DNA of 64,000 nucleotides from Burkholderiales bacterium (GCA_013044035.1 JABEVE010000004.1:7588-71587); one strand, 5' to 3'. Positions 1 to 11,974 are shown, counted from the first letter of the stretch. Program-made: numbers and translations. The notes: generated by a model from the letters alone, not told the origin.

Positions 1-684
1 GGCCTAGGCGCCAAGACGTTCGAGCAGGCCGCAGGTTTTCTGCGCATCATGGATGGCGACAACCCGCTCGACTGCTCCGCCGTCCATCCTGAAAGCTACC
101 CGCTGGTCGAGCGCATTCTTGCCGCTGCCGGTCAGCCCATTCAGGTGCTGTTGGGCAATGCGCAGGCCTTGCAAGCTGTCCGCGCCGAAGCCCTGGTGGA
201 CGATCGCTTTGGTCTCTACACCGTGCGCGACGTGCTGGCTGAACTCGACAAGCCCGGCCGCGATCCGCGTCCCGTCTTCCGCGTGGCCAGGCTGCAAGAC
301 GATGTGCAAAGCATCAAGGACTTGCAACCTGGCATGCGCCTGGAGGGCACGGTGAGCAATGTGGCTGCCTTCGGCGCCTTCGTCGATCTGGGCGTGCATT
401 GCGATGGCCTGGTGCATATGTCGCAGCTGGCCGACCGCTTCGTGAAAGACGCCGCCGAAGTGGTGAAGGTCGGTGACATTGTCACGGTCACGGTGCTGGA
501 GGTGGATGTCCCCCGGCAACGCATTAGTTTGAGCATGCGCACCCAGACGCTCAGTGGGAGCGCCGCAGACATGGGCGGCAGCGGTATGGGACGTCAGCCG
601 CCAGAGCAGGGCGGCAGGACGCGACCGGCGCCAGCCCAATCAGCCATGGCGGCGGCCTTTTCGCGCATGGGCAAGGGCCGATGA
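1..684 (+). CDS. tex: Tex/YhgF family RNA-binding transcriptional accessory protein, C-terminal part (5'-truncated by window)
   Basis: Frame open from base 1 (GLGAKTFEQAAGFLRI); HhH segment RFGLYTVRDVLAELDKPGRDPR; S1 domain LEGTVSNVAAFGAFVDLGVHCDGLVHMS...QRISLSMR. Confidence 0.92.
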   Translation, partial: GLGAKTFEQAAGFLRIMDGDNPLDCSAVHPESYPLVERILAAAGQPIQVLLGNAQALQAVRAEALVDDRFGLYTVRDVLAELDKPGRDPRPVFRVARLQDDVQSIKDLQPGMRLEGTVSNVAAFGAFVDLGVHCDGLVHMSQLADRFVKDAAEVVKVGDIVTVTVLEVDVPRQRISLSMRTQTLSGSAADMGGSGMGRQPPEQGGRTRPAPAQSAMAAAFSRMGKGR

Positions 685-763
685 CTGCGATTGATCGCTG
701 GCACCGATCGCTGGCCGATGGACACCTTGCCATGCTGCGCTGCGGCCCATCTGCGCGCCGAAC

Positions 764-1504
764 TCAATGCTCCTGTGGAACCAGCAACTCGGTCAGACCT
801 TCGCGGTTGGTGATGCGCACCTGTCGCTGCGCCACGTGAACCAGCCCGGCTTGGTGAAAGCGCGACATCAGACGGCTGATGGTTTCCAGTTTGAGCCCAA
901 GGTAACTGCCGATTTCCTCACGGCTCATGCGCAACACGAATTCTTCGGGTGAGAGGCCGCGCGACTTGTAGCGCTCTGATAAGTCGAGCAGGAATCGCGC
1001 CAGACGCTCGTCGGCCTGCATGCTGCCGAGCACGAATTGATCTTGCTGCGCCCGCGCCAGCCGGTTGCCGATAAGGCAATGGATCTGGTGCTGCAAGGTG
1101 GGCAGTTCGCGGGCATTGCTCTCCAAGATGCGGACGTCGATTTCACAAGCTTCGCTATCTTCCAGCGCGATCACGTCCGTCATGTAAATGCGTGCGGAAA
1201 AACCTTCCAAGCCCATCAATTCCCCGGGAACGTGGAAGCCCACGATCTGCTGGCGCCCATCGGCACTGCTGATCATCGATTTGAACGATCCGGCATGCAC
1301 CGAATACACCTTGTCCATGGCTTGTCCTGACTCGAACAACCGCTCTCCCTTGGTCAGCCTGATGGTGGTCTGCATGATGTCGCGCATGCGTGCCAACTCA
1401 TCTTGCGGCAGCGAGATCGGCAGACAGAACCGACTCTGAAAACACACATCGCAAGGATGGGGCTTGTCCATGCGATGCATGGGAGCGGTAGGAATGGCTT
1501 TCAT
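764..1504 (-). CDS. fnr: FNR/CRP-family oxygen-sensing regulator (start may lie further upstream, up to 1546)
   Basis: N-terminal Cys cluster CDVC..SRFC, GSFKS, FHVPGELMGLEG, ADERLARFL, HTH MSREEIGSYLGLKLETISR. Confidence 0.88.
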   Translation of the reverse strand: MKAIPTAPMHRMDKPHPCDVCFQSRFCLPISLPQDELARMRDIMQTTIRLTKGERLFESGQAMDKVYSVHAGSFKSMISSADGRQQIVGFHVPGELMGLEGFSARIYMTDVIALEDSEACEIDVRILESNARELPTLQHQIHCLIGNRLARAQQDQFVLGSMQADERLARFLLDLSERYKSRGLSPEEFVLRMSREEIGSYLGLKLETISRLMSRFHQAGLVHVAQRQVRITNREGLTELLVPQEH

Positions 1505-1705
1505 GGTGCGGCAGAGGTCGGAGCGAATGGGGCAACTATCGCACATCTTGCATGGGTTCGGGCATTGTTTCGGCGCGGCTGTTCAAAGCGCCCCGTCTGC
1601 CCGTGCGTTGCGCCATCATGATGAATTGGGCAACGTCGCATTCGCAGCCAGTGTCTGTCACCAACTTCTCCAGCCCCGGTCTGGGGCAGATCGCGGCGCG
1701 GCGCA

Positions 1706-2248
1706 TCAATCGATGTCGAACACCTGCAGGTTGTAGTGTCCGGTCTGCTGCTCGGCAAAAAAGCGCCGGAGTGTTTCGCCCACGGTGCGAAAGGCCAGTT
1801 GTTCCCACGGTACTTCGCTGGGGCTGAACAGCCGCGCTTCCAGGGTTTCGGGCCCTGGGGCCCATCGGGGCTGCAACATGCGTGCGCGGTACAGCAGGTA
1901 AACCTGGCTCACGGGCCTGACGTTGACCACGCAGTACAAGCCGTCGATCTCGACGTCGACACCGGCCTCTTCCTGGGTTTCACGCAGTGCGCCTTGTTCG
2001 GAGGTTTCATGCAATTCCATGAACCCGGCTGGCAGGGTCCAGAGGCCGTGGCGCGGTTCGATGGCACGCTTGCACAACAGCACGCGGCCTTCCCACACTG
2101 GCACCGTTCCTACGATATTGCGCGGATTTTCGTATTGCACATGACCGCAGGTAGGGCAGACCGCACGCAGATGCGTGTCGCCTTCGGGAACGCGGTACTC
2201 GACGGGCGCACCGCAATGGTTGCAGTGTTGGATGTGGCGTGAATGCAT
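1706..2248 (-). CDS. NUDIX hydrolase with N-terminal zinc ribbon
   Basis: CxxC..CxxC ribbon, YENPRNIV, Nudix box LPAGFMELHETSEQGALRETQEEAG. Confidence 0.9.
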   Translation of the reverse strand: MHSRHIQHCNHCGAPVEYRVPEGDTHLRAVCPTCGHVQYENPRNIVGTVPVWEGRVLLCKRAIEPRHGLWTLPAGFMELHETSEQGALRETQEEAGVDVEIDGLYCVVNVRPVSQVYLLYRARMLQPRWAPGPETLEARLFSPSEVPWEQLAFRTVGETLRRFFAEQQTGHYNLQVFDID

Positions 2249-2372
2249 TCTCCCATTGTTGCAGGGCCTTCAGGGCCGGGCGGTACCGCGGGCTTTTCAG
2301 TCCTTGTCACCATGTTTCGCGCAATTTTGAAACAATATCAGCATTACGCGCTAAACGCGCTGCGACGATTCC

Positions 2373-3494
2373 ATGCCCATCATTTCCATCCCCACAAACG
2401 GTCTCGAACTCGAGGCCGACGCTGACGACAACCTGTTGAAGGTGTTGCGCCGCTACAAGGTTCCCATCCACTATTCCTGCAAACAGGGGGAATGCGGCAG
2501 TTGCAAATGCGTGCTCGAGGGGGGCGAGGTGGATATGCACGGCTACAAGGGCAGCGCCTTGCCGCCAGCGCAGCGCGAGCAGGGTTTGATCCTGGCATGC
2601 TGCAGCCGGCTCAAGGGCGACGTGCAATTGCGCCTGATTGATAGCGACGACTACATCGTTCACCCCGAACGCCATCTCGTCGCCGAGGTCATTGCTCTGC
2701 GCGAACTGGCGCCAGAAGTTTTTGGATTGCGGCTGAAGATTCGCTATGTCGACCGTGATGGCGAACCCTTCCTTTTCTCCGCCGGTCAATACGTCCAACT
2801 CAGTGTGCAAACTGGCCCCGACACCCTGATCGCACGCGACTTTTCCATGGCCAGCACCCCGGTGGACGCGGAATACGACGACGAACTTGAATTTCACATC
2901 CGTCGCACCTCCACCGGCGCTTTCAGTGGCCTTCTCGGGAGCGGCATCCAATTGGGCAGCATCATTGCTGTCGACGGGCCCATGGGCTCCAGCCATTTTC
3001 GCCCTCGGCACCAAGGCCCGCTCTACGCCGTGGCGGCAGGTACCGGCTTCGCGCCCATGCTCAGCATCGTGAAAACGGCGCTGAATAACGGCAAGCTCGA
3101 ACCCGTGGTGTTCTATGCCGGCTTCAAGACGCCGGCCGAGGTCTATGGCCGTGAGGGCCTTGCCCAACTGCAGCGCGAGTTCAATAACTTCCGCTTCGAC
3201 GTCGTGGTGGAGCAGGACGCCGGCGCGAGTGACCGCAGCGGTCGCGTCGGTGATGTGCTGCTGGACGATGTGGCCGATTTCGCTGGCGCCAAGGTTTATC
3301 TCGCGGGTTCGCCGGGCATGGTCGAAGCGGTGAGTGCCTGCCTGCTGGAACGAGGCCTGCCCGCCGCAGACGTGCATGCTGACGCCTTCTATGCGCCCAA
3401 ACCCGGACTGAGTCTGTCTGCGCAAGCCGTCGTGGACGCCGCCGAAGAAAATGACCGGTTGACCTTGCCATCACCACTGCAATCCGAGATCTGA
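2373..3494 (+). CDS. 2Fe-2S ferredoxin / FAD-NAD(P) oxidoreductase
   Basis: YSCKQGECGSCKC 2Fe-2S motif, RDFSMAS flavin motif, AAGTGFAP, YLAGSPGMV. Confidence 0.88.
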   Translation: MPIISIPTNGLELEADADDNLLKVLRRYKVPIHYSCKQGECGSCKCVLEGGEVDMHGYKGSALPPAQREQGLILACCSRLKGDVQLRLIDSDDYIVHPERHLVAEVIALRELAPEVFGLRLKIRYVDRDGEPFLFSAGQYVQLSVQTGPDTLIARDFSMASTPVDAEYDDELEFHIRRTSTGAFSGLLGSGIQLGSIIAVDGPMGSSHFRPRHQGPLYAVAAGTGFAPMLSIVKTALNNGKLEPVVFYAGFKTPAEVYGREGLAQLQREFNNFRFDVVVEQDAGASDRSGRVGDVLLDDVADFAGAKVYLAGSPGMVEAVSACLLERGLPAADVHADAFYAPKPGLSLSAQAVVDAAEENDRLTLPSPLQSEI

Positions 3495-4139
3495 ATGCGT
3501 ACGCTTTACAGCTACTTTCGCTCCTCCGCGGCGTTCCGCGTGCGCATCGCCCTCAACCTCAAGGGCCTGCCCTACGACATTGTGCCGGTGCATCTGGCCC
3601 ATGGCGAGCAACGGCTACCGGAGCATTTGCGGCGTTCGCCGCAAGGGCTCATCCCGGTGCTGGAGGACGACGGCATCAGCCTCACGCAGTCGCTGGCCAT
3701 CCTGGAATATCTCGACGAACAGTACCCTGATCCACCGCTGCTGCCCGCCGACGCTGCCGGTCGGGCGCGGGTGCGCGCCCTGGCCCTGGCGATTGCCTGC
3801 GACATTCATCCGCTGAACAATCTGCGGGTGCTCAACCATCTGCAAAGTCAATTCGGTGCCGACGAGGCGTCGCGTCAGCGCTGGTATCGGCACTGGGTGG
3901 ACACCGGGCTTGTGGCCTGGCAGGAGCAATGGCGCCGCTGGCCCGGCCCAACCGGCCCCTACGTGCATGGACAAGCGCCGGGCCTCGCAGACTGCTGCCT
4001 GATTCCGCAGATCTGCAACGCACAGCGCTTCAAATGCGATCTCCAAGCCGTTCCAGACCTCATGCGCCTGTTCGATGCTTGCATGCAGTTGCCGGCATTC
4101 ATCGATGCCCATCCGGCACGGCAAGCAGACGCGATCTGA
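3495..4139 (+). CDS. maiA: Maleylacetoacetate isomerase (GST zeta class)
   Basis: LYSYFRSSAAFRVRIALNLKGL, LTQSLAILEYLDE, IACDIHPLNNLRVL. Confidence 0.92.
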   Translation: MRTLYSYFRSSAAFRVRIALNLKGLPYDIVPVHLAHGEQRLPEHLRRSPQGLIPVLEDDGISLTQSLAILEYLDEQYPDPPLLPADAAGRARVRALALAIACDIHPLNNLRVLNHLQSQFGADEASRQRWYRHWVDTGLVAWQEQWRRWPGPTGPYVHGQAPGLADCCLIPQICNAQRFKCDLQAVPDLMRLFDACMQLPAFIDAHPARQADAI

Positions 4140-4275
4140 ATGCCGGTAGCTCCGGCTGGCAGACTGGGCTAAAATACAACGGCGTCGCGCTACAGCAGCT
4201 TTCCAGGGTTCGCGCAACCCGCTTGCCGAAGTCCCATTCCGGCAACCCACTATCGGCGCACGATTCCTGACACGC

Positions 4276-5031
4276 ATGAACATTGCACTGGCCAAGCGGG
4301 TCGTCGAGACCGCGCTGATGTGTGCCACACAACCTTTGAGCCTTGAGCGCCTGCGCAACCTGTTCGACGAACAGGTCGGCGCCGATACCCTGCGCGTGCT
4401 GCTCGACGAATTGCGCCACGACTGGCGCGACCGCGGTGTAGAGTTGCGCGCCGTAGCTGGCGGCTGGCGCATGCAAAGTCGCGAGGATATGCAGCCTTAT
4501 CTGCAGCGACTCAACCCTGAAAAGCCGCCACGCTACTCCCGAGCAGTCCAGGAAACGCTGGCCATCATTGCCCACCGGCAACCCGTGACACGCGGGGATA
4601 TCGAAGACATCCGCGGCGTGTCGGTCAATACGCAGATCCTGCGCCAACTCGAAGATCGCGGCTGGATCGAGCCTATCGGCCATCGTGAGGGGCCAGGGCG
4701 GCCGGTGCTGTTTGCCACGACACGCCTGTTCCTCGATGATCTCGGTCTGGCCACGATTGGCGATCTTCCCGCGATGCAGGCCGAGGGCGCTCACGCCGAC
4801 CCGCAGCAAATCGATCTGCTGCCCATGGGTGGCGAGATGGAGGGTCCGTCTGGACCTGCATCCGCCAGTCGAGCAACTGCAGGCGACGACACCGAGGCGA
4901 CTGAATCATTCTGCGCTGCCGCTGCAGACGCAGACATCGCCATTCGGCAACCATCTCTCGCATTCCAGATTTCATCCGAATCGGCGGCTTCCGACAGTCT
5001 TGCCGCACCTGATCCCCTGCCCGCCGCCTGA
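4276..5031 (+). CDS. scpB: SMC-Scp complex subunit ScpB
   Basis: [47 protein letters not shown]; acidic tail. Confidence 0.93.
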   Translation: MNIALAKRVVETALMCATQPLSLERLRNLFDEQVGADTLRVLLDELRHDWRDRGVELRAVAGGWRMQSREDMQPYLQRLNPEKPPRYSRAVQETLAIIAHRQPVTRGDIEDIRGVSVNTQILRQLEDRGWIEPIGHREGPGRPVLFATTRLFLDDLGLATIGDLPAMQAEGAHADPQQIDLLPMGGEMEGPSGPASASRATAGDDTEATESFCAAAADADIAIRQPSLAFQISSESAASDSLAAPDPLPAA

Positions 5032-5064
5032 ACAGACCGGACCGTACCCCACACCAACAACTCC

Positions 5065-7020
5065 ATGCAACACGACGAATCCACTTCTGACGCTGACGCC
5101 AGCCCCAACCTTGCCACACCAGTGGTCACCGAACCAGCCCCGCACCGCCCGGCGCGGCGGCGCAAGGCTGCGGCAGTTGAAGCAGCAATGTCGGCACACG
5201 ATGCAAGTGAAGACGCGCAGACAGATTGCTCCGAGCCGCCCGCAATCGCCTCGCCGAGCAACACGGTCTCCGGCACCAATCCCGTTGCCGCCGCAGGGCC
5301 TGCCGAAGGCACGAGTTCGCAAGCCGTGCAGGCTGCGGGCGATGACACGACGCCACGCGATGCGCCTCGACGTCGCAAGCGCAAATCCTCCGGCCCCGAC
5401 CTCGCCGAGACCGAAGCCGAAACTCAACCGACAGAATTCCTCGGTCTGGAGACGCAGCAAACCGAGCCGACTGAGGCCCAACACGATGCCAACGGCAACC
5501 CGGTGCAGCCTCATCGTCCCGCGCGTGTGGATCGCCCGAACCGGCCTGATCGTCCGCGTCAAAACCAGAACCAGCGGAAGAAGAAGCACAACACACCGCT
5601 GCGCGGCCCAGCTAAAACCATGCCCGCGGTGCGCATCGAGGAAGTTATTTCCGGCGATTTCGACCGCGCCGTCGAAATCGCCGAGGCTGTCGAGCCTGGT
5701 GCCCGACGTGTGCTGCCGCCATCACCCGAGGCGCCGAAACTGCACAAGGTCCTGGCCCAGGCCGGTGTCGGATCGCGCCGTGAAATGGAGCAACTCATCG
5801 TTGACGGCCTGGTGTCCGTCAACGGCGAGCCGGCACATCTGGGCCAGCGCATTCAGCCTGGCGACCAGATCCGCGTCAACGGCAAGCCGCTGAAGTTCCG
5901 CATCAGCCCGCCGCCAGCGCGTGTACTGGTCTATCACAAGCCGGTGGGCGAGGTCGTCACCTTCAAAGACCCGGAAGGCCGCCCCACGGTGTTCCGCAAT
6001 CTGCCGCGGGTGCAGAACGCGAAATGGACGGCGATCGGCCGGCTGGATATCAACACCGAAGGCCTGCTGCTGTTCACCACCTCGGGTGAACTGGCCAACA
6101 AGCTGATGCATCCCAGCCAGGGCGTCGAGCGGGAGTACGCGGTGCGCGTGCTGGGGGAAGTGGACAACCAGACACGTGAGAAATTGCTCGAGGGGGTGGA
6201 ACTGAGTGACGGGCCCGCGCGTTTCATGAGTCTGGAAGAGGCCGGCGGCGAGGGCGCCAATCGCTGGTACCGGGTCATCATCGCCGAGGGTCGCAACCGC
6301 GAGGTGCGCCGTCTGTTCGAAGCTGTGGGCCTGACGGTGAGCCGCCTGATCCGGGTGCGCTATGGTTCCATCGCCTTGCCCGCCGGCTTGCGCCGTGGCG
6401 ACTTCGCGGAAATCGAGCGTGAAGACGTGAAGGCCATGATGAATCATTCCGGTTCGGTTCAGGCTTTCGATGACCGCGCCAAAGGCCAGAGGCAAGGCGG
6501 CAGTGGCCCTAACAGCGTGAATAGCCAGTCCCAGCGCAAGCACGGCGGACGTCACGACAAGCGGCATGAAACCCGTGGTCAGGGCGGACACAACGACAGC
6601 CGCAATCAAGATTGGCAAGACGGCCCATCCGGCGCCCATGGTCATCCTAAGCGTGGCGGCACGAGTGGTGAGCGCGAGCCCGGCCCCAACAGCTATGCCA
6701 TGAGCGCCGTGGATGCGCTCTTTGGCCGGGCCAGCCGCGAGGCGCGTCGCGCGGCTCCGCGCCATGAGCACGATGACCGACAACTTCCTGAGCGCGAGCC
6801 CGGCCCCAACAGCTACGCCATGAGCGCGGTCGATGCCTTGTTCGGCAAAGGCGCTGGCGGGTCAGGTGGCCAGAACAAGCCACGCTCGGCGCGTGGTGGC
6901 AAGAAGGGTGGGTCGGGCGGCCAACCGGACCCCATGCGCTCAGCCTTGGGACAAGGGTTTGGCCAGGGTCCGCGCTCGGGCCCGGGGCAGGGCGGCAAAC
7001 GGCGCCATTTTCCGCGTTGA
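5065..7020 (+). CDS. rluB: 23S rRNA pseudouridine synthase RluB with long disordered N- and C-terminal extensions
   Basis: S4 domain [16 protein letters not shown], catalytic [21 protein letters not shown]; follows scpB. Confidence 0.9.
   Translation: MQHDESTSDADASPNLATPVVTEPAPHRPARRRKAAAVEAAMSAHDASEDAQTDCSEPPAIASPSNTVSGTNPVAAAGPAEGTSSQAVQAAGDDTTPRDAPRRRKRKSSGPDLAETEAETQPTEFLGLETQQTEPTEAQHDANGNPVQPHRPARVDRPNRPDRPRQNQNQRKKKHNTPLRGPAKTMPAVRIEEVISGDFDRAVEIAEAVEPGARRVLPPSPEAPKLHKVLAQAGVGSRREMEQLIVDGLVSVNGEPAHLGQRIQPGDQIRVNGKPLKFRISPPPARVLVYHKPVGEVVTFKDPEGRPTVFRNLPRVQNAKWTAIGRLDINTEGLLLFTTSGELANKLMHPSQGVEREYAVRVLGEVDNQTREKLLEGVELSDGPARFMSLEEAGGEGANRWYRVIIAEGRNREVRRLFEAVGLTVSRLIRVRYGSIALPAGLRRGDFAEIEREDVKAMMNHSGSVQAFDDRAKGQRQGGSGPNSVNSQSQRKHGGRHDKRHETRGQGGHNDSRNQDWQDGPSGAHGHPKRGGTSGEREPGPNSYAMSAVDALFGRASREARRAAPRHEHDDRQLPEREPGPNSYAMSAVDALFGKGAGGSGGQNKPRSARGGKKGGSGGQPDPMRSALGQGFGQGPRSGPGQGGKRRHFPR
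6670..6846 (+). repeat. Two copies of a 57-bp coding repeat ([19 protein letters not shown]) in the RluB tail
   Basis: Copies at 6670-6726 and 6790-6846, 120 bp apart, identical peptide with synonymous differences. Confidence 0.9.
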
Positions 7021-7205
7021 GACGGCCCCAGGCACAAACAGGGGTAGGTCTTCCCGCAAGGGCTCAGGGCGGGTCAGAGTGGTCTTGACGTGGCCGGGCA
7101 ATGGTCTCCCCAGCGTGGCATTCAGGGTTGGGAGGCTCATCATTGGGTGTGAGTGGCAGCCTTACAATTCATTTTTAATCACTTGATTTCCGGAGAAAAA
7201 ATCTT

Positions 7206-7625
7206 ATGGAGCGCACGCTCTCAATCATCAAGCCCGACGCTGTGGCCAAGAACTGCATCGGCAAGATCATCGACCGTTTCGAGACAGCCGGTCTCAAGGT
7301 CGCGGCCGTTCGCATGATGCATCTCTCGCGCGCCGAGGCCGAAGGCTTCTACGCCGTGCACAAGGATCGCTCTTTCTTCAAGGATCTGGTTGATTTCATG
7401 GTTTCCGGCCCTGTGCTGGTGCAGGTGCTGGAAGGCAGCAATGCCATCGCCAAGAATCGTGAGCTGATGGGTGCGACCGACCCGAAGAAGGCTGCTCCCG
7501 GTACGATACGCGCCGACTTTGCCGACAGCATTGATGCCAATGCCGTGCATGGTTCGGACAGTGCTGAAAACGCGGCAACCGAGATCGCCTTTTTCTTTCC
7601 TGCGAACTGGGTCTTCAGTCGCTGA
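7206..7625 (+). CDS. ndk: Nucleoside diphosphate kinase
   Basis: [28 protein letters not shown]. Confidence 0.97.
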   Translation: MERTLSIIKPDAVAKNCIGKIIDRFETAGLKVAAVRMMHLSRAEAEGFYAVHKDRSFFKDLVDFMVSGPVLVQVLEGSNAIAKNRELMGATDPKKAAPGTIRADFADSIDANAVHGSDSAENAATEIAFFFPANWVFSR

Positions 7626-7641
7626 TTCCCGCTGCGCGGCC

Positions 7642-8814
7642 ATGTCCCCCACCAACCTGCTTCAGTTCGACCGTGCCGGTCTGGTGGACTGGTTCGCCGC
7701 GCATGGGGAGAAACCCTTCCGTGCCCGCCAGGTGTTCCGTTGGATGCACCAGAGGGGCGTGGCCGATTTCGCCGACATGAGTGATCTGGCCAAGCCTCTG
7801 CGGGCCTGGTTGCGGGACGCAGCACGGCTCGAATCTCTGCCGGTGCTCGCCGAGCAGCGCTCGCGCGACGGCACAGTGAAGTGGCTGTTTGATGTAGGCG
7901 CAGGCGATGCCGTGGAAACCGTGTTCATTCCCGAGGCTCAGCGCAACACCCTGTGCGTGTCGTCGCAGGCCGGATGCGCCATGGCCTGCCGCTTTTGTTC
8001 CACGGGGGCGCAGGGCTTCAGTCGCAACCTGACCACGGCTGAAATCCTGGCGCAGCTCTGGCAGGCGGAGTTCAACATGCGGACATCCCTCGGACTTGCG
8101 GCCGGGGAGCGGGCCATCTCCAATGTGGTGATGATGGGCATGGGGGAGCCACTTCAGAATTACAGCGCCCTGGTTCCCGCGTTGCGATCCATGCTCGATG
8201 ATGACGGCTACGGCTTATCGCGTCGCCGCGTGACTGTGTCCACCTCGGGCGTGGTACCCATGATCGATCGTCTCGCGGCCGATTGTCCTGTCGCGCTCGC
8301 GGTTTCCCTGCATGCGCCGAACGATGCTTTGCGTGATGATCTGGTCCCGCTCAATCGCAAATACCCACTGGCCGAACTGCTGGACGCCTGCGAACGCTAT
8401 CTGGTGCATGCACCGCGTGACTTCATCACCTTCGAGTATTGCATGCTCGATGGTGTGAACGACGCTCCCGAACATGCTCGGCAACTGGTCCACTTGTTGC
8501 GCGATCGCATACCGTGCAAGTTCAACCTCATTCCCTTCAATCCATTTCCACAGTCTGGCCTCGCCAGATCGCCTGCCGGGCGCATGGCTGCATTCGCCCA
8601 GATCCTCCTGGACGCGGGCTTCGTTACCACAGTGCGCAAGACGCGTGGCGACGACATCGATGCCGCCTGCGGTCAACTGGCCGGCGATGTGCAAGACCGC
8701 ATTCGTCGCAAGCCGGGGCGTGCGGGCACGTCATCCGTGGTGCCGCCACAGACCATCATCCCCATTCGGGTGGAGACCGCTAGCCCGACCACCCACTTGT
8801 CCAACTTGGACTGA
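7642..8814 (+). CDS. rlmN: Dual-specificity RNA methyltransferase RlmN
   Basis: [20 protein letters not shown] radical-SAM motif, [16 protein letters not shown]. Confidence 0.96.
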   Translation: MSPTNLLQFDRAGLVDWFAAHGEKPFRARQVFRWMHQRGVADFADMSDLAKPLRAWLRDAARLESLPVLAEQRSRDGTVKWLFDVGAGDAVETVFIPEAQRNTLCVSSQAGCAMACRFCSTGAQGFSRNLTTAEILAQLWQAEFNMRTSLGLAAGERAISNVVMMGMGEPLQNYSALVPALRSMLDDDGYGLSRRRVTVSTSGVVPMIDRLAADCPVALAVSLHAPNDALRDDLVPLNRKYPLAELLDACERYLVHAPRDFITFEYCMLDGVNDAPEHARQLVHLLRDRIPCKFNLIPFNPFPQSGLARSPAGRMAAFAQILLDAGFVTTVRKTRGDDIDAACGQLAGDVQDRIRRKPGRAGTSSVVPPQTIIPIRVETASPTTHLSNLD

Positions 8815-8818
8815 CGCT

Positions 8819-9670
8819 ATGAGCAAGCAAACCCGCTGGACCGAAGGTGGTTGTTCCGCATGGCCATTGCTTTCCATCCTCATGCTGACTCTTGCCTTGT
8901 TGCAACTCGGTGGTTGCGCCGGCAATACGGCCCTAAGCAACGGTTCGGCGAACTCGACGCCCAGCACGGGCAGCGCCGAGGCCGACAAAAACGCGCAAAT
9001 CCGCCTGGAGTTGGCCGAAGGTTATTACCAGCGCGGTCAGGCCGAGGTCGCACTCTCCGAAGTGGCCAAAGCGCTGGATCAGGCTCCCGATTATGTGCCG
9101 GCCTACACCATGCAGGCGCTGATTCAAATGAGCCTGGGTCAGAATCCCCAGGCTGAACAGAGCTTCCGCAAAGCGCTGTCGATTGCGCCGAGCAATGCCG
9201 ATGCACTGCATAACTATGGCTGGTTCCTCTGCGCCAATCGGCGCTATCCGGAGTCGTTCGCCATGTTCCGGCGCGCCTTGGCGGTTCCCGGTTACCGCTA
9301 CCCGGAACGCACCGACCTGGCCTACGGCGTCTGCCAGTACCGGGATGGTGATCTTGCAGCGGCCGAGAAAACGCTGCGTGCTGGTTTTGCCCTCGATCCA
9401 GCCAATCCTGCGCTGTCCACCAACCTGGCATTGGTGCTGTACCGCCAGAGCAAATTCAAGGATGCGTTGTTCTATATCCAGCGCGTCAACTCGGGTCAGT
9501 ACGCCAGCGCTCAATCGCTCTGGGTGGGGATTCTCATCGCGCGACGCGCTGGCGATACGCTGGATACCAACACCTGGACCACGCAACTGGAGCAGCGCTT
9601 CCCGGACTCGCGCGAGGCCATTGCCGTCCAGCAGGGCAGATTTGACGACCCGAGCCTGCTTCCCCGCTGA
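8819..9670 (+). CDS. pilW: Type IV pilus biogenesis/stability TPR lipoprotein PilW (PilF)
   Basis: Lipobox LGGC, TPR repeats, LHNYGWFLC; conserved position after rlmN. Confidence 0.88.
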   Translation: MSKQTRWTEGGCSAWPLLSILMLTLALLQLGGCAGNTALSNGSANSTPSTGSAEADKNAQIRLELAEGYYQRGQAEVALSEVAKALDQAPDYVPAYTMQALIQMSLGQNPQAEQSFRKALSIAPSNADALHNYGWFLCANRRYPESFAMFRRALAVPGYRYPERTDLAYGVCQYRDGDLAAAEKTLRAGFALDPANPALSTNLALVLYRQSKFKDALFYIQRVNSGQYASAQSLWVGILIARRAGDTLDTNTWTTQLEQRFPDSREAIAVQQGRFDDPSLLPR

Positions 9671-9679
9671 CTTCAGTCG

Positions 9680-10606
9680 ATGACAAGTCCCCATTCACAA
9701 GCTGATGCGCAGCGCGCGGCGCGTGCTCAGGCGGGAGACATGCTGCGTGCGGCGCGCGAGGCCGCGGGTAAAAGCGCCAGCGAACTCGCAACCCAGCTCA
9801 AGGTCTCGTCCGACAAGATCTTGGCGCTTGAGGCTGGAGATTGGGAGCGCCTGCCGGACATGGCCTTTGCTCGTGGCCTGCTTCGCGCCGCCAGCAAGGC
9901 GCTGAAGGCCGACACCGAGGCCATCATGCAGGTGCTGCCGCCGCTGCTGCATGCCACAATGATCTCGACCCGGTCAACGGCTACAGGCTCCAGCAGATCC
10001 ATGCCTGCGGCTTCCGGGGGTACGCTCCATGGCGCACGCAGGCTGTGGTGGCTGGCGGTGGCGGGGCTTGTCATCGCAGCGTTGCTCGTGTTCTTCCTGC
10101 CTCATGCGGAGGACCTGGGCAAGTGGTTGCCTCGGGCCATGCCTGCAAAACCGGCCTCTGCCGTCATAGCGCAGTCAAATCCGTCGCTTGTTCCGACCCC
10201 GGCTACTGCATCGACCGCGGCAACGATGCCGTGTGATGACTCGTCTGCCACCGTCTCGACATCGTCGACTGCTGCCGTGCCCGATTCCAGCGACGGCTTG
10301 GCGCAAGCCCGGCGGCCAGCCGCAGCTTCCAGTAACCCCGTTGCCGCGACCGCGGGGGCGGCACTGAGCATTCAGGCCGTTGCCGAGAGTTGGATTGAGG
10401 TGACCAGCGGCCAGGGTACCGTCTTGTTTTCAGGTCTTGTTCCTGCGGCGGGGCAGCAACGTGTCACGCTGTCCCAACAGGATTTTCCGTTGCAACTCGT
10501 GGTGGGTAACGCAGCTCAAACGCAAGTGACCCTGGACGGCCAGCCTGTCGATCTGGCCTCCAAGACCAACAACAACGTCGCCCGCTTGACCATCCCGCAA
10601 CCCTGA
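9680..10606 (+). CDS. rodZ: RodZ-like HTH / TM / DUF4115 protein
   Basis: N-terminal HTH ([14 protein letters not shown]), single TM, C-terminal ESWIEV..LVVGNAA domain. Confidence 0.85.
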   Translation: MTSPHSQADAQRAARAQAGDMLRAAREAAGKSASELATQLKVSSDKILALEAGDWERLPDMAFARGLLRAASKALKADTEAIMQVLPPLLHATMISTRSTATGSSRSMPAASGGTLHGARRLWWLAVAGLVIAALLVFFLPHAEDLGKWLPRAMPAKPASAVIAQSNPSLVPTPATASTAATMPCDDSSATVSTSSTAAVPDSSDGLAQARRPAAASSNPVAATAGAALSIQAVAESWIEVTSGQGTVLFSGLVPAAGQQRVTLSQQDFPLQLVVGNAAQTQVTLDGQPVDLASKTNNNVARLTIPQP

Positions 10607-11967
10607 TGCAAAACGTTTTCATGCCAGATGCTGACTTGATTCCGGATGCTGTGCCGCAGCGGCGGTTGACACGCCAGGCGCTCGTGAGTTGGGGCGGGAA
10701 CACCGTGGGCATTGGTGGCGACGCCCCGGTGCGGGTGCAGTCCATGACCAACACCGACACCGCGGACGTCATCGGTACAGCCATCCAGGTCAAGGAACTG
10801 GCACAAGCCGGATCGGAACTGGTACGCATCACGGTCAACACCCCTGAGGCGGCGGCAGCCGTGCCGGCGATTCGGGAGCAACTCGACCGCATGGGCGTGG
10901 ATGTCCCCCTGATCGGCGACTTCCACTACAACGGTCATCTGCTGCTGACCCAATACCCGGACTGCGCCCAAGCTCTGTCGAAGTACCGCATCAACCCCGG
11001 CAACGTCGGCAAGGGCGACAAGAAAGACCGCCAGTTCTCCCAAATGATCGAGGTTGCCGCGCGTTGGAATAAACCGGTGCGCATCGGCGTGAACTGGGGC
11101 AGCCTGGACCAGGATCTGCTTGCCGGTTTGATGGACAGCAACGCGAGGCAGCCGCAGCCGCGCGATGCGCAACAGGTGATGTACGAAGCGCTGATTGCAT
11201 CAGCCTTGCAATCGGCCGAGCGCGCCGAGGACCTGGGTCTTCCCGGCCACCAAATCCTGCTGTCGTGCAAAGTCTCGGGCGTGCGCGACCTCATCGCCGT
11301 GTATCGCGAGCTTTCGCGCCGCTGCGACTACGCTTTGCACCTCGGCTTGACCGAAGCCGGCATGGGCACCAAGGGCACCGTGGGATCGGCCGCGGCTCTT
11401 TCGGTTTTGCTGCAGGACGGCATCGGCGACACCATTCGTGTCTCGCTGACCCCGGCGCCAGGCGAAGCGCGCACCCAGGAGGTGGTGGTCGCGCTGGAAA
11501 TTCTCCAGGCTTTGGGTCTGCGCAGCTTCGTCCCCAGCGTCACGGCCTGTCCGGGGTGCGGACGTACCACGAGCAGCGTATTCCAGGAGTTGGCACAAGC
11601 CATCGATCGCCATCTGCGGGCGCAGATGCCGGTTTGGCGGGCGCAATATCCCGGCGTTGAAACTCTGCGCCTGGCGGTGATGGGATGCATCGTCAACGGC
11701 CCGGGTGAAAGCCGCCACGCCGACATCGGCATCAGTCTGCCGGGGACTGGCGAGCAACCCTCGGCACCGGTCTTCATCGATGGCGAGAAACGCTACACCT
11801 TGCGCGGTGACGGTATTGCCGAACAGTTTCTCGACATTGTCAACAGTTATATCCAACGGCGTTGGGGTCTGGATGTCCCGGCCGCTGTCCCGCTGCAGCC
11901 TCCGCCCGACGGGGATGAGGATGCATGCGACGGCAGCAATGCTGCACAGCAGGCTCACGCGAATTAG
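10606..11967 (+). CDS. ispG: 4-hydroxy-3-methylbut-2-enyl diphosphate synthase
   Basis: [44 protein letters not shown]. Confidence 0.97.
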   Translation: MQNVFMPDADLIPDAVPQRRLTRQALVSWGGNTVGIGGDAPVRVQSMTNTDTADVIGTAIQVKELAQAGSELVRITVNTPEAAAAVPAIREQLDRMGVDVPLIGDFHYNGHLLLTQYPDCAQALSKYRINPGNVGKGDKKDRQFSQMIEVAARWNKPVRIGVNWGSLDQDLLAGLMDSNARQPQPRDAQQVMYEALIASALQSAERAEDLGLPGHQILLSCKVSGVRDLIAVYRELSRRCDYALHLGLTEAGMGTKGTVGSAAALSVLLQDGIGDTIRVSLTPAPGEARTQEVVVALEILQALGLRSFVPSVTACPGCGRTTSSVFQELAQAIDRHLRAQMPVWRAQYPGVETLRLAVMGCIVNGPGESRHADIGISLPGTGEQPSAPVFIDGEKRYTLRGDGIAEQFLDIVNSYIQRRWGLDVPAAVPLQPPPDGDEDACDGSNAAQQAHAN

Positions 11968-11974
11968 TCTCCGC

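Noticed and set aside
1591-1604. CCCCGTCTGCCCGT upstream of fnr matching the primase-flanking repeat
   Set aside because: Single isolated match in GC-rich core DNA; probably chance, and kept only as a caveat.
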